From Antedon mediterranea (taxonomy: Eukaryota > Animalia > Echinodermata), in NCBI RefSeq assembly GCF_964355755.1, contig NC_092676.1, positions 12,030,671-12,094,670 of the forward strand: a stretch of DNA of 64,000 nucleotides. Reading direction: 5' to 3'. Both the position numbers and the translations under genes were made by a program. This document shows, piece after piece, positions 24,322 to 39,600 of the stretch (the first letter of the stretch is position 1; each line of letters starts with the position of its first letter). The notes beneath the pieces were generated by a model. It saw only the letters and a program-made list of their open reading frames with translations. It did no database searches and had not been told where the DNA came from.

Positions 24322-27300
24322 ACTAGATTTGAACTCGTCACTACGGACGAGTTAGGTTATCCGCAGTCCTAAAGCCACGTGCACGTTATACGTTGGAATA
24401 TTGCGCGCAGAAAAACGATTATGCCATTGAAAAAATGTGAGTGCGCTCTCTATTTTGTGTCACGTCAAAGTGTATACGGTATACACTATATACCGTATAC
24501 GTACTACATACAGTTCAGAATAGGTGAAAATAAGTGACCAAAGTTATTGACGCTTTTGCACATGATCACGTCATAACAATTTTTAAAATGGTGAATCATG
24601 CGAAAGATAATTGATTGACATAGACAATATAAAGAAATGGAGGGCAATGGAATACGGATAAGTGGAGATGCGCTCTATTAAATGTGATGAGCTATACGAA
24701 AGAGAAAAAAATCCTATATTTTATATTCGAGTGGCCATACGATGACGTCACAATGTCCTGATAGCCATATTGATACATGATTCGATATCTACAACTCATC
24801 TACTACCAGAATATGTAATTATAAAAAAGTTTACCACGTAGTTTAGAATCTATGACTGTTTAAAAAAAGGCATAATTTTGACAAATTTTTGGACTTTTTC
24901 ATCAAAATTGCGCGCAAATTGTTTAATTCTACGTGCTCGTATGACGAGATTTTAAGGCAAAATTGATTGAAAATTGGTAAATATATTATAAAAGACAGAA
25001 AAAACAAAAATCAAGCAAAAAAAAGATGTTTTTGCGCTACGTGCGCACGGGTGCGTAAAAAAAGTGCGCACGCTTGGGAATTTTTGAAATGCTCAAAATG
25101 ACATGAAACGCGTAGAAAGTTGATTAGAAATTGATTTTTCGCAATTTGAAATTTTAAACGCGCGTGCGCGCGTAACTTTTTGTAAAACATGCCATTTTCT
25201 CTCCATAGAAAGTTAGCGCATAATATGACTTAAATTTTCACCAAGTTTCTATACCAAATGACATTTAGTTTTTATTCTATGATCAATCATTGAAATTCAT
25301 AAAATCGCGCGTAACTTACGCTGCGCGACTCAAAATTCATAAAAAAAAGTTTCTTGCACATCTACAGCTACAGGGCAATCTTTTCACAAAGTTATACAAC
25401 TTTATGTTGGCCAGAATTAGAGATACGCAGCGAACAAAATTCGTGGAAAGAAAGAAGAATATAGAAAAAAAAAAAAAAGAAAAACTAGATTTGAACTCGT
25501 CACTACGGACGAGTTAGGTTATCCGCAGCGCAAAGGCCACGTGCACGTCATACGTTAAAACATTGCGCGCAGAAAAACGATTAAGTAATTGAAACAATTT
25601 CAGCGTGCTCTTTATTTTTCGTCACGTCTGAGTATATACGGTATACACTATATACTGTATACGTACTACATACAGTGCAGAATAGGTGAAAATAAGTGAC
25701 CAAAGTTATTGACGCTTTTGAACATGATGACGTCATCACAATTTTTAAAATGATGAATCGTGCGAAAGATAATTGATAGACCTAGACAACATAAAAAAAA
25801 TGGGGGGAAATGGAATACAAATAAGTGGAGATGCGCTATATTAAATGTGACGAGCTACGATGAAAGAGAAAAAAATCCTATATTTTATATTCGAGTGGCC
25901 ATATGATGACGTCACATTGTCCGGTTAGCCATATTGATGCATGATTTGATATCTGCAACTCATCTACTACCAGAATATGTAATTATAAAAAAGTTCACCA
26001 CGTAGTTTAGAATTTATGACTGTTTAAAAAAAGGCATAATTTTGACTAATTTTTGAACTTTTTCATCAAAAATGCGCGTAAATTGTTTAATTCTACGTGC
26101 TCGTATGACGTGATTTTTAGTCGAAATTGTTTGAAAGTTGGTACATTTTCTAAAAAAGACATGAAAAACAAAAATCAAGCAAAAAAATGATGTTTTTGCG
26201 CTACGTGCGCACGTGCGCGTAAAAAAATTGCGCACGCGTGGGAATTTTTGAAATGCTTACAATGACATGAAACGCGTAGAAAGTTGATTAGATATTAATT
26301 TTTCGCATTTTGAAATTTTAAACGCGCATGCGCGCGTAACTTTTTGTAAAATATGCCATTTTTAATCCATAGAAAGTTTGCGCAACATATGACTTAAATT
26401 TTCACCAAGTTTCAATACAAAATGAATTTTAGTTTTTAATCTATGATCAATAATTGAAATTCATAAAATCGCGCGTAACTTACGCTGCGCGACTCAAAAT
26501 TTGAAAAAAAAAGTTTCTTGCACATCTACAGATATAGGCCAATCTTTTAACAAAGTTATACAATCTTCTGTTGGCTAGAATTAGAGATACGCTGCCCACA
26601 AAAAATGGGAGAGAAGTGTGTAAAGAAAGAAATAAATACTAGACTTGAACTCGTCACTTCGGACGAGTTAGGTTATCCGCAGCGCAAAGGCCACGTGCAC
26701 GTCATACGTTAGAATATTGCGCGCAGAAAAACGATTATGCCATTGAAAAAATGTTAGTGCGCTCTCTATTTTGTGTCACGTCAAAGTATATACGGTATAC
26801 GCTATATTCTGTATACGTACTACATACAGTGCAGAATATGTGAAAATAAGGGACCCAAGTTATTGACGCTTTTAGACATGATGACGTCATCACAACTTAA
26901 AAAATGGTAGATTATGCGAAAGATAATTGATTGGTCTAGACAATATAACAAAATGGGGGGAAATGGAATACGGATAAGTGGAGATGCGCTCTATTAAATG
27001 TGATGCGCTATGACGAAAGAGACAAAAACCCTATATTTGATATTCGAGTGGCCATACGATGACGTCACAATGTCCGGTTAGCCATATCGATGCATGATTT
27101 GATTTCTAAAACTCATCTACTTCCAGAATCTGAAATTTTAAAAAAGTTCACCACGGAGTTTAGAATCTATGACTGTTTTAAGAAAGGCATAATTTTGACA
27201 AATTTTTGAACTTTTTCATCAAAAACGCGTGCAAATTGTTCAATTCTACGTGCTCGTATGACGTGATTTTAAGTCGAAATTGATTGAAAATTGGTAAATT

Positions 27301-29006
27301 TACTAGAAAAAGCTGAAAAAACAAAAATCAAGCAAAAAAAAGATGTTTCTGCGCTACGTGCGCACGCGCGCGTAAAAAAATTGCGCATGCGTGGGAATTT
27401 TTGAAATGCTTAAAATGACCTGAAACGCGTAGAAAGTTGATTAGAAATTGATTTTACGCATTTTGAAATTTTAAACGCGCGTGCGCGCGTAACTTTAAGG
27501 AAAAGTGCGATTTCCAATCCATAGAAAGTTAGCGCATGATATAAACTACACTTTTGCCAAGTTTCAATTAAAATTGCTTTTTGGTTTTTGATCTATGTTA
27601 AATACGCGAAAATCACAAAAACGCGCGTAACTTACGCTGCGCGACTATAAAGTCAAAAAACGAAACGTCCTGCACATCTACAGCTACAGGTCAATCTTAT
27701 GAAAAAGTTACACAATCTTTTGTTTGCCAGAATTTGAGATACGCTGCCAACAAAATTCCGGGAAAGAAAGAAGAATAACATAGAAAAAAAAAAAAAAAAA
27801 AAAAAAAAAAGATCCTGACAATAACAAGGGGTTATCCGCCAAGTGCGGATAACCAACTAGATTTGAACTCGTCACTACGGACGAGTTAGGTTATCCGCAG
27901 TGCAAAAGCCACGTGCACGTCATACGTTAGAATAGTGCGCGCAAAAAAATAAAACGATTATGGCATTGAAAAATGTTAGTGCGCTCTCTATGTTGCGTCG
28001 CGTCTAAGTATATACGGTATAACACTATATACTGTATACGTACTACATACAGTGCAGAATAGGTGAAAATAAGTGACCAAAGTTATTGACGCATTTGAAC
28101 ATGATGACGTCATCACAATTTTTAAAATGGTGGATCATGCGAAAGGTAATTGATTGATCTAGACAATATAAAAAAATTGAGTGAAATGGAATAAGGATAA
28201 GTAGAGATGCGCTCTATTAAATTGACGAGCTATGACGAAAGAGAAAAAAATCCTATATTTTATATTCGGGTGGCCATACGATGACGTCACAATGTCTGGT
28301 TAGCCATATCAATGCATGATTCGAGAAAAACAACTCATCTACTTCCAGAATCTGAAATTTTAAATATTTTCACCTCGGAGTTTCGAATCTATGACTGTTT
28401 TAAAAAAGGCATAATTTTGACGAATTTTTGAACTTTTTCTTCAAAAACGCGCGCAAACTGTTCAATTCTACGTGCTCGTATGACGTGATTTTAAGTCGAA
28501 ATTGATTGAAAATTGGTAAATGTACTAGAAAAGGCTGAAAAAACAAAAATCAAGCAAAAAAAAGATGTTTTTGCGCTACGTGCGCACGCGCGCGTAAAAA
28601 ATATGCGCACGCGTGGGAATTTTTGAAATGCTCAAAATGACATGAAACGCGTAGAAAGTTGATTAGAAATGAATTTTTCGCAATTTGAAATTTTAAACGC
28701 GCGTGCGCGCGTAACTTTATGTCAAACATGCCTTTTTTAATCCATAGAAAGTTTGCCCTTGATATGACTTAAATGTTCACTAAGTGTCATTACAAAATGA
28801 CTTTTGCTTTTTAGTCTATGTTAAATACGCGAAATTCATAAAATCGCGCGTAGCTTACGCTGCGCGACTCTAAAGTAAAAAAACGAGCTGTCCTGCACTT
28901 CTACACATAGAGGTAAATCTTCTGACAAAGTTATACGATGTAATGTTGATCAGAATTTGAGATACACGTGACACAAAATTTTGGGAAAGAAAGAAGAATA
29001 ACATAG

Positions 29007-29046
<40 letters not shown>

Positions 29047-30235
29047 TCCTGACAATAACAAGGGGTTATCCGCCAAGTGCGGATAACCAACTAGATTTGA
29101 ACTCGTCACTACGGACGAGTTAGGTTATCCGCAGCGCAAAATCCACGTGCACGTCGTACGTTAGAATATTGCGCGCAGATAAACGATGATGCCATTGAAA
29201 CAATTTTAGTTTTCTCTCTATTTTGCGTCACGTCTAAGTATATACGGTATACACTATATTATACTCTATACGTACTACATACAGTGCAGAATAGGTGAAA
29301 GTTAGTGACCAAAGTTATTGACGCTTTTGGACATGATGACGTCATCACAATTTTTAAACTAATGAATCATGCGAAAGATAATTGATTGACTTAGACAATA
29401 TAAAGAAATGGAGGGCAATGGAATACGGATAAGTGGAGATGCGCTCTATTAAATGTGATGAGCTATACGAAAGAGAAAAAAATCCTATATTTTATATTTG
29501 AGTGGCCATACGATGACGTCACAATGTACAGTTAGCTATATTGATGCATGATTCGATATCTACAACTCATCTACTTCCACAATATGTAATTTAAAAAAAG
29601 TTCACCACGTAGTTTAGAATCTATGACTTTTTAAAAAAAGGCATAATTTTCACAAATTTTTGAACTTTTCATCAAAAACGCGCGCAAATTGTTCAATTCT
29701 ACGTGCTCGTATGACGTGATTTTAAGTCAAAATCCATTGAAAATTGGTAAATTTACTAGAAAAGGCTGAAAAAACAAAAATTAAGCAAAAAAAATATGTT
29801 TTTGCGCTAAATGCGCACGCGCGCGTAAAAAAATTGCGCACGCGTGGGAATTTTTGAAATGCTCAAAATGACCTGAAACGCGTAGAAAGTTGATTAGAAA
29901 TTGATTTTACGCATTTTGAAATTTTAAACGCGCGGGCGCGCATAACTTTCTGTCAAACATGCAATTTTTAATCCATAGAAAGTTGGAGAATATTATGACT
30001 TAAATTTTCACCAAGTTTCAATACAAAATGACTTTTAGTTTTTATTCAAAGATCAATCATTGAAATTCATAAAATCGCGCGTAACTTACGCTGCGCGACT
30101 CGAAATTCGAAAAAAAAAATGTCATGCACATCTACATCTACAGGCCAATCTTATAACAAAGAATATAGAATCATATGTTGGCTAGAATTAGAGATACGCT
30201 GCGAACAAAATTCGTGGAAAGAAAGAAGAATAAAG

Positions 30236-30277
<42 letters not shown>

Positions 30278-33200
30278 TCCTGACAATAACAAGGGGTTAT
30301 CCGCCAAGTGCGGATAACCAACTAGATTTGAACTCGTCACTACGGACGAGTTAGGTTATCCGCCTCGCAAAACCCACGCGCATGACACCTAAGTTAGACT
30401 ATTGCGCGCAGAAAAACGATTATGCCATTTAAAAAATGTTAGTGAGCCCTCTATTTTGTGTCGCGTCTAAGTGTGTACGGTATACACTATATACTGTATA
30501 CGTACTACATACAGTGCAGAATAGGTGAAAATAAGTGACCAAAGTTATTGACGCATTTGAACATGATGACGTCATCACAATTTTAAAAATGGTGAATCAT
30601 GCGAAAGATAATTGATTGATCTAGACAATATAAAAAAATTGAGTGAAATGGAATACGGATAAGTGGAGATGCGCTCTATTAAATTTGACGAGCTATGACG
30701 AAAGAGAAAAAAATCCTATATTTTATATTCGGGTGGCCATACGATGACGTAACAATGTCCGGTTAGCCATATCAATGCATGATTCAAGAAAAACAACTCA
30801 TCTACTTCCAGAATATGTAATTTTAAAAAAGTTCACCACGTAGTTTAGAAGTTATGACTGTTTAAAAAAAGGTCTAATTTTGACGATTTTTTGAAGTTTT
30901 TCATCAAAAACACGCGCAAATTATCCAATTCTACGTGCTCGTGTGACGTGATTATAAGTCGAAATTGATTGAAAATTTATAAATTTACTAGAAATGGCTG
31001 AAAAAATAAAAATCAAGCAAAAAAAAGATGTTTTTGCGCTACGTGCGCACGCGCGCGTAAAAAATTTGCGCACGCGTGGGAATTTTTGAAATGCTCAAAA
31101 TGACATGAAACGCATAGAAAGTTGATTAGAAATTGATTTAACATATTTTGAAATTTTAAACGCGCGTGCGCGCGTAACTTTTTAAAACCATGCCATTTTT
31201 AATCCATAGAAAGTTAGCGCATGATATGACTTAAATTTTCACCAAGTTTCAATACAAAATGACTTTTGGTTTTTAATCTATGATCAATCATTGAAATTCA
31301 TAAAATCGCGCGTAACTTACGCTGCGCGACTCGAAAATCAAAAAACAAAGTTTCTTGCACATCTACAGATATAGGTCAATCTTATGACAAAGTTATACAA
31401 ACATTTGTTAGCCAGAATTAGAGATATGCTTGCAACAAAATTCGTGGAAAGAAAGAAGAAAAAAGAAAAAAAAGAAAAAAAATAAAAAAAAAAAAGATCC
31501 TGACAATAACAAGGGGTTATCCGCCAAGTGCGGATAACCAACTAGATTTGAACTCGTCACTACGGACGAGTTAGGTTATCCGCAGAGCAAACGCCACGCG
31601 CACGTCATACGTTAGAATATTGCGCAGAGAAAACCATTATGCCATTGAAAAAATGTTAGTGCGCTCTCTATTTTACGTCACGTCTAAGTATACACAGTAT
31701 ACACTATATATTGTATACGTACTACATACAGTGAAGAATATGTGAAAATAAATGGCCCAAGTTATTGACGCTTTTGGACATGATGACGTCATCACAATTT
31801 TAAAAACGGTATATCATGCGAAAGATAATTGATTGGCATAGACAATATAAAAAAATGGGGGGAAATGGAATTCGGATAAGTGGAGATGCGCTCTATTAAA
31901 TGTGATGAGCTATGACGAAAGAGACAAAAATCCTATATTTTATATTTGAGTGGCCATACGATGACGTCACTATGCCCTGTTAGCCATATCGATGCATGAT
32001 TCGATATCTACAACTCATCATCTTCCAGAATGTGTAATTTAAAAGAAGTTCACCTCGTAGTTTACAATCTATGACTGTTTTAAAAAAGGCATAATTTTGA
32101 CGAATTTTTCAACTTTTTCTTCAAAAACGCGCGCAAATTGTTCAATTCTACGTGCTCGTATGACGTGATTTTAAGTCGAAATTGATTGAAAATTGGTAAC
32201 TTTACTAGAAAAGGCTGAAAAAACAAAAATCAAGCAAAAAAAACATGTTTTTGCGCTACGTGCGCACGCGCGCATAAAAAAAATGCGCACGCGTGGGAAT
32301 TTTTGAAATGCTCAAAATGCTCTGAAACGCGTAGAAAGTTGATTAGAAATGGATATTTCGCAATTTAAAATTTTAAACGCGCGTGCGCGCGTAACTTTAT
32401 GTAAAACATGCCATTTTTAATCCATAGAAAGTTTGCCCTTGATATGACTTAAATGTTCACCAAGTGTCATTACAAAATGACTTTTGCTTTTTAATCTATG
32501 ATCAATCATTGAAATTCATAAAATCGCGCGTAACTTACGCTGCGCGACTCTAAAGTTAAAAAACGAAACGTCCTGCACATCTACAGCTAGAGGTCAATCT
32601 TATGACAAAGTTACACAATCTTATATTCGCCAGAATTAGAGATACGCTGCGAACAAAATTCCGGGAAAGAAAGAAGAATAAGATAGAAAAAAAAAAAAAA
32701 GAAAAAAAAACTAGATTTGAACTCGTCACTACGGACGAGTTAGGTTATCCGCAGTCCTATAGCCACGTGCACGTCATACGTTGGAATATTGCGCGCAGAA
32801 AAACGATTATGCCATTGAAAAAATGTGAGTGCGCTCTCTATTTTGTGTCACGTCAAGTGTATACGGTATACACTATATATCGTATACGTACTACATACAG
32901 TTCAGAAAAGGTGAAAATAAGTGACCAAAGTTATTGACGCTTTTGCACATGATGACGTCATAACAATTTTTAAAATGGTGAATCATGCGAAAGATAATTG
33001 ATTGACATAGACAATATAAAGAAATTGAGGGCAATGGAATACGGATAAGTGGAGATGCGCTCTATTAAATGTGATGAGCTATACGAAAGAGAAAAAAATC
33101 CTATATTTTATATTCGAGTGGCCATACGATGACGTCACAATGTCCTGATAGCCATATTGATACATGATTCGATATCTACAACTCATCTACTACCAGAATA

Positions 33201-36200
33201 TGTAATTATAAAAAAGTTTACCACGTAGTTTAGAATCTATGACTGTTTAAAAAAAGGCATAATTTTGACAAATTTTTGGACTTTTTCATCAAAATTGCGC
33301 GCAAATTGTTTAATTCTACGTGCTCGTATGACGAGATTTTAAGGCAAAATTGATTGAAAATTGGTAAATATATTATAAAAGACAGAAAAAACAAAAATCA
33401 AGCAAAAAAAAGATGTTTTTGCGCTACGTGCGCACGCGCGCGTAAAAAAATTGCGCAAGCGTGGGAATTTTTGAAATGCTCAAAATGATATGAAACGCGT
33501 AGAAAATTGATTAGAAGTTGATTTTTTGCATTTTAAAATTTTAAACGCGCGTGCGCGCGTAACTTTCTTTGAAACATGCAATTTTTAATCCATAGAAAGT
33601 TTGCGCTTGATATGACTTAAATTTTCACAAAGTTTCAATACAAAATAACTTTCGGTTTTTAATCTATGATCAATCATTTAAATTCATAAAATCGCGCGTA
33701 ACTTACGCTGCGCAACTCAAAATTCATAAAAAAAAGTTTCTTGCACATCTACAGCAACAGGGCAATCTTTTGACAAAGTTATACAATCATATGTTGGCCA
33801 GAGTTAGAGATACGCTGCGAACAAAATTCGTGGAAAGAAAGAAGAACATAGAAAAACTAGATTTGAACTCGTCACTTTGACGAGTTCGGGTTATCCGCGC
33901 AAAGGCAACATGCACATACTTTAAACTATATGAACTTCGACAAATATTATGCCATCCTATGACATGAATTAAACGTGTTTACAGTGCTGAATTGTACCTA
34001 TTATGTAGCATACAGCATGTTATAGAATACACTGTTATATGTTATATACAGTGTAGTATAGAGGAAATTACAAGACCATCTTTTAAATCCAATTATTAAC
34101 ACGATGATGTCATCAAATTGACATATAAAGATAACTATTTTAGAAGATAATTATCTAAATAATTACATTAATACAAATTTGAAGAATTTTGGGCACGTAA
34201 AAGTGACATGCGCTCTCGTTTAAACGCAATGAACTTTTACGCAAAGGATGAAAATACGACTTTTTTTATTCAACTGGCCATATGATGACGTCACAACATC
34301 TGGTTGGCAAAATATTTACATGAATTCGTATCTACAATTCAATGACTTCCAGAAAACGTTTAAATCATGATTATCACTTTTTATTCTGACGAGATATAAC
34401 AGATTAAAATTTACTGTAAAGATGAAAATAAGTGACCCACGTTGTTTACATTTTTAGACATGATGAGGTCATAAAAATTTAAATATTTTAACTCCTACGA
34501 AAGATAGTTGATTGACGTAGACAATATTGAAATCTCGGGGGAAATGGAATACGCATAAGCGAGATGCGCTCTGTTGAATGTGATGAGCAATAACGAAAGA
34601 GACAAAAATCCTATATTTTATATTCGAGTGGCCATACGATGACGTCACAATATCCGGTTAGCCATATTAATGCATGATTTGATATCTGCAACTCATCTAC
34701 TACCAGAATATGTAATTATAAAAAAGTTCACCACGTAGTTTAGAATCTATGACTGTTTAAAAAAAGGCATAATTTTGACAAATTTTTGAACTTTTTCATC
34801 AAAATTGCGTGCAAATTGTTTAATTCTACGTCCTCGTATGACGTGATTTTAGGTCGGAATTGATAGAAAATTGGTAAATTTACTAGAAAAGGCTGAAAAA
34901 ACAAAAATCAAGCAAAAAAAAGATTTTTTTTCGCTACGTGCGCACGCGCGCATAAAAAAATTGCGCACGCGTGGGAATTTTTGAAATGCTCAAAATGACA
35001 TGAAACGCGTAGAAAGTTGATTAGAAGTTGATTATTCGCATTTTGAAATTTTGAACGCGCGTGCACGCGTAACTTTATGTAAAACATGCCATTTTTAATC
35101 CACAGAAAGTTTGCGCATGATATAACTTAAATTTTCACAAAGTTTCAATACAAAATGACTTTTGGTTTTTAATCTATGATCAATCATTGAAATTCATAAA
35201 ATCGCGCGTAACTTACGCTGCGCAACTCAAAATTCATAAAGAAAAGTTTCTTGCACATCTACAGCTAGAGGGCAATCTTTTGACAAAGTTACACAATTTT
35301 ATGTTAACCCGAATTAGAGATATGCCACCAACAAAATTCGGGGAAAGAAAGAAGAATAACATAGAAAAAAAAAAAAAAGATCCTGACAATAACAAGGGGT
35401 TATCCGCCAAGTGCGGATAACCAAAAAGAAAAAAAAAAAAAAGATCCTGACAATAACAAGGGGTTATCCGCCAAGAGCGGATAACCAACTAGATTTGAAC
35501 TCGTCACTACGGACGAGTTAGGTTATCCGCAGTGCAAAAGCCACGTGCACGTCATACGTTAGAATAGTGCGCGCAAAAAAATAAAACGATTATGGCATTG
35601 AAAAATGTTAGTGCGCTCTCTATGTTGCGTCGCGTCTAAGTATATACGGTATAACACTATATACTGTATACGTACTACATACAGTGCAGAATAGGTGAAA
35701 ATAAGTGACCAAAGTTATTGACGCATTTGAATATGATGACGTCATCACAATTTTTAAAATGGTGGATCATGCGAAAGGTAATTGATTGATCTAGACAATA
35801 TAAAAAAATTGAGTGAAATGGAATAAGGATAAGTAGAGATGCGCTCTATTAAATTGACGAGCTATGACGAAAGAGAAAAAAATCCTATATTTTATATTCG
35901 GGTGGCCATACGATGACGTCACAATGTCTGGTTAGCCATATCAATGCATGATTCGAGAAAAACAACTCATCTACTTCCAGAATCTGAAATTTTAAATATT
36001 TTCACCTCGGAGTTTAGAATCTATGACTGTTTTAAAAAAGGCATAATTTTGACGAATTTTTGAACTTTTTCTTCAAAAACGCGCGCAAATTGTTCAATTC
36101 TACGTGCTCGTATGACGTGATTTTAAGTCGAAATTGATTGAAAATTGGTAAATGTACTAGAAAAGGCTGAAAAAACAAAAATCAAGCAAAAAAAAGATGT

Positions 36201-36638
36201 TTTTGCGCTACGTGCGCACGCGCGCGTAAAAAAATTGCGCACGTGTGGGAATTTTTGAAATGCTCAAAATGACATGAAACGCATAGAAAGTTGATTAGAA
36301 ATTGATTTTTCGCATTTTGAAATTTCAAACGCGCGTGCGCGCGTAACTTTTTGTGAAACATGCCATTTTTAATCCATAGAAAGTTTGCGCATGATCTCAC
36401 TTAAATTTTCACAAAGTTTCAATACAAAACAACTTTTAGTTTTTATTCTATGATCAATCATTGAAATTCATAAAATCGCGCGTAACTTACGCTGCGCAAC
36501 TCCAAAATCGTCCAAAAGCTTGGCTGCACATCTACAGCTATAGGTCAACCTTATGACAAAGTTATACAATCTTATGTTGGCCACAAGATAGAGATGTGCT
36601 GCGAACAAAATTCGGGGAAAGAAAGAAGAATAACATAG

Positions 36639-36672
<34 letters not shown>

Positions 36673-39600
36673 TCCTGACAATAACAAGGGGTTATCCGCC
36701 AAGTGCGGATAACCAAAAAAAAAAAAAAAAAGAAAAAAAAAAAGATCCTGACAATAACAAGAGGTTATCCGCCAAGTGCGGATAACCAAAAAGATCCTGA
36801 CAATAACAAGAGGTTATCCGCCAAGTGCGGATAACCAACTAGATTTGAACTCGTCACTACGGACGAGTTAGGTTATCCGCAGTCCTATAGCCACGTGCAC
36901 GTCATACGTTGGAATATTGCGCGCAGAAAAACGATTATGCCATTGAAAAAATGTGAGTGCGCTCTCTATTTTTCGTCACGTCTGAGTATATACGGTATAC
37001 ACTACATACTGTATACGTACTACATACAGTGCAGAATAGGTGAAAATAAGTGACCAAAGTTATTGACGCTTTTGAACATGATGACGTCATTACAATTTTG
37101 AAAATGGTGAATCGTGCGAAAGGTAATTGATAGACCTAGACAACATAAAAAAATGGGGGGAAATGGAATACAAATAAGTGGAGATGCGCTATATTAAATG
37201 TGACGAGCTACGAGGAAAGAGACAAAAATCCTATATTTTATATTCGAGTGGCCATACGATGACGTCAGAATGTCCGGTTAGCCATATTGATGCATTATTT
37301 GATATCTGCAACTCATCTACTACCAGAATATGTAATTATAAAAAAGTTCACCACGTAGTTTAGAATCTATGACTGTTTAAAAAAAGACATAATTTTGACA
37401 AATTTTTGAACTTTTTCATCAAAAATGCGCGTAAATTGTTTAATTCTACGTGCTCGTATGACGTGATTTTAAGTCGAAATTGTTTGAAAGCTGGTAAATT
37501 TTCTAAAAAAGACAGGAAAAACAAAAATCAATCAAAAAAATGATGTTTTTGCGCTACGTGCGCACGTGCGCGTAAAAAATTGCGCACGCGTGGGAATTTT
37601 TGAAATGCTCAAAATGACATGAAACGCGTAGAAAGTTGATTAGATATTAATTTTTCGCATTTTGAAATTTTAAATACGCGTGCGCGCGTAACTTTTTATG
37701 AAACATGCCATTTTTAATCCATAGTAACTTTGCGCATTATATGACTTAAATGTTCACCAAGTTTCAATACAAAACGACTTTTAGTTTTTATTCTATGATC
37801 AATCATTGAAATTCACAAAATCGCGCGTAACTTACGCTGCGCGACTTGAAATTTAAAAAAAAAAGTTTCTTGCACATCTACAGCTACAGGGCAATCTTTT
37901 GACAAAGTTATACAATCATATGTTGGCCAGAATTAGAGATACGCTGCGCACAAAAAATGGGGGAGAAGGATGTAAGGAAAGAAATAAATACTAGATTTGA
38001 ACTCGTCACTACGGACGAGTTAGGTTATCCGCAGCGCAAAAGCCACGTGCACGTCATACGTTAGAATATTGCGCGCAGAAAAACGATTATGCCATTGAAA
38101 AAATGTTAGTGCGCTTTCTATTTTGCGTCACGTCAAAGTATATAATGGTTTACACTATACTGTATACGTACAACATACAGTTCAGAATAGGTGAAAATAA
38201 GTGACCAAAGTTAATGACGCTTTTGACCATGATGACGTCATCACAATTTTAAAAATAGTAAATCATGTGAAAGATAATTGATTGACCTAGACAATATAAA
38301 GAAATGGTGGGAATGGAATACGGATAAGTAGAGATGCGCTCTATTAAATATGATGCGCTATGACGAAAGAGACAAAAATCCTATATTTCATATTCGAGTG
38401 GCCATACGATGACGTTACAATGTCCGGTTAGCCATATCGATGCATGATTCGATATCTACAACTCATCTACTTTCAGAATATGTAATTTAAAAAAACTTCA
38501 CCACGTTTTTTAGAATCTATGACTGTTTAAAAAATGGCATAATTTTGACAAATTTTTGAATTTTTTCATCAAAAACGCAGGCAAATTGTCAAATTCTACG
38601 TGCTCGTGTGACGTGATTTTAAGTGGAAATTGATTGAAATTTGGTAAATTTACTAGAAAAGGCTGAAAAAACAAAAATCAACCAAAAAATAGATGTTTTT
38701 GGGCTACGTGCGGACGCGCGCGTACAAAATTTGCGCACGCGTGGGAATTTTTTTAATGCTCAAAATGACATGAAACGCGTAGAAAAATGATTAGAAGTTG
38801 ATTTTTCGCAATTTGAAATTTTAAACGCGCGTGCGCGCGCAACTTTCTGTGCAACCTGCCTTTTTTAATCCATAGAAAGTTTGCGCTTGATATGACTTAA
38901 ACTTTCACCAAGTTTCAATACAAAATGACTTTTGGTTTTTAATCTATGATCAATCATTGAAATTAATAAAATCGGGCGTAACTTACGCTGCGCGACTCAA
39001 AATTCATAAAAAAAAAGTTTCTTGCACATCTACATCTACAGGGCAATCTTTTGACAAAGTTATACAATCATATGTTGGCCAGAATTAGAGATACGCTGCG
39101 AACAAAAACTGGGGGAGAAGGGTGTAAGGAAAGAAATAAATACTAGATTTGAACTCGTCACTACGGACGAGTTAGGTTATCCGCGGCGCAAAAGCCACGC
39201 GCATGACACCTAAGTTAGAATATTGCACGCAGAAAAACGATTATACCATTGAAAAAATGTTAGTGAGCCCTCTATTTTGCGTCGCGTCTAAGTGTGCACG
39301 GTATACACTATATACTGTATACGTACTACATAAAGTGCAGAATAGGTGAAAATAAGTGACCAAAGTTGTTGACGATTTTGCAAATGATGACGTTATAACA
39401 GTATTAAAAATTGTTAACCATGCGAAAGATAATTGATTGCCCTAGACAATATAAAAAAATTGAGGGAAATGGAATACGGATAAGTAGAGATGCGCTCTAT
39501 TAAATGTGACCAGCTATGACGAAAGAGAAAAAACTCCTATATTTTATATTCGAGTGGCCATACGATGACGTCATAATGCTTGGTTAGCCATATTAATGCA

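Noticed and set aside
35378-36837. Short palindromic 44 bp direct repeats resembling a CRISPR array
   Set aside because: They are HINE-A 5' termini separated by poly-A; there are no unique spacers or cas genes, and the context is eukaryotic.
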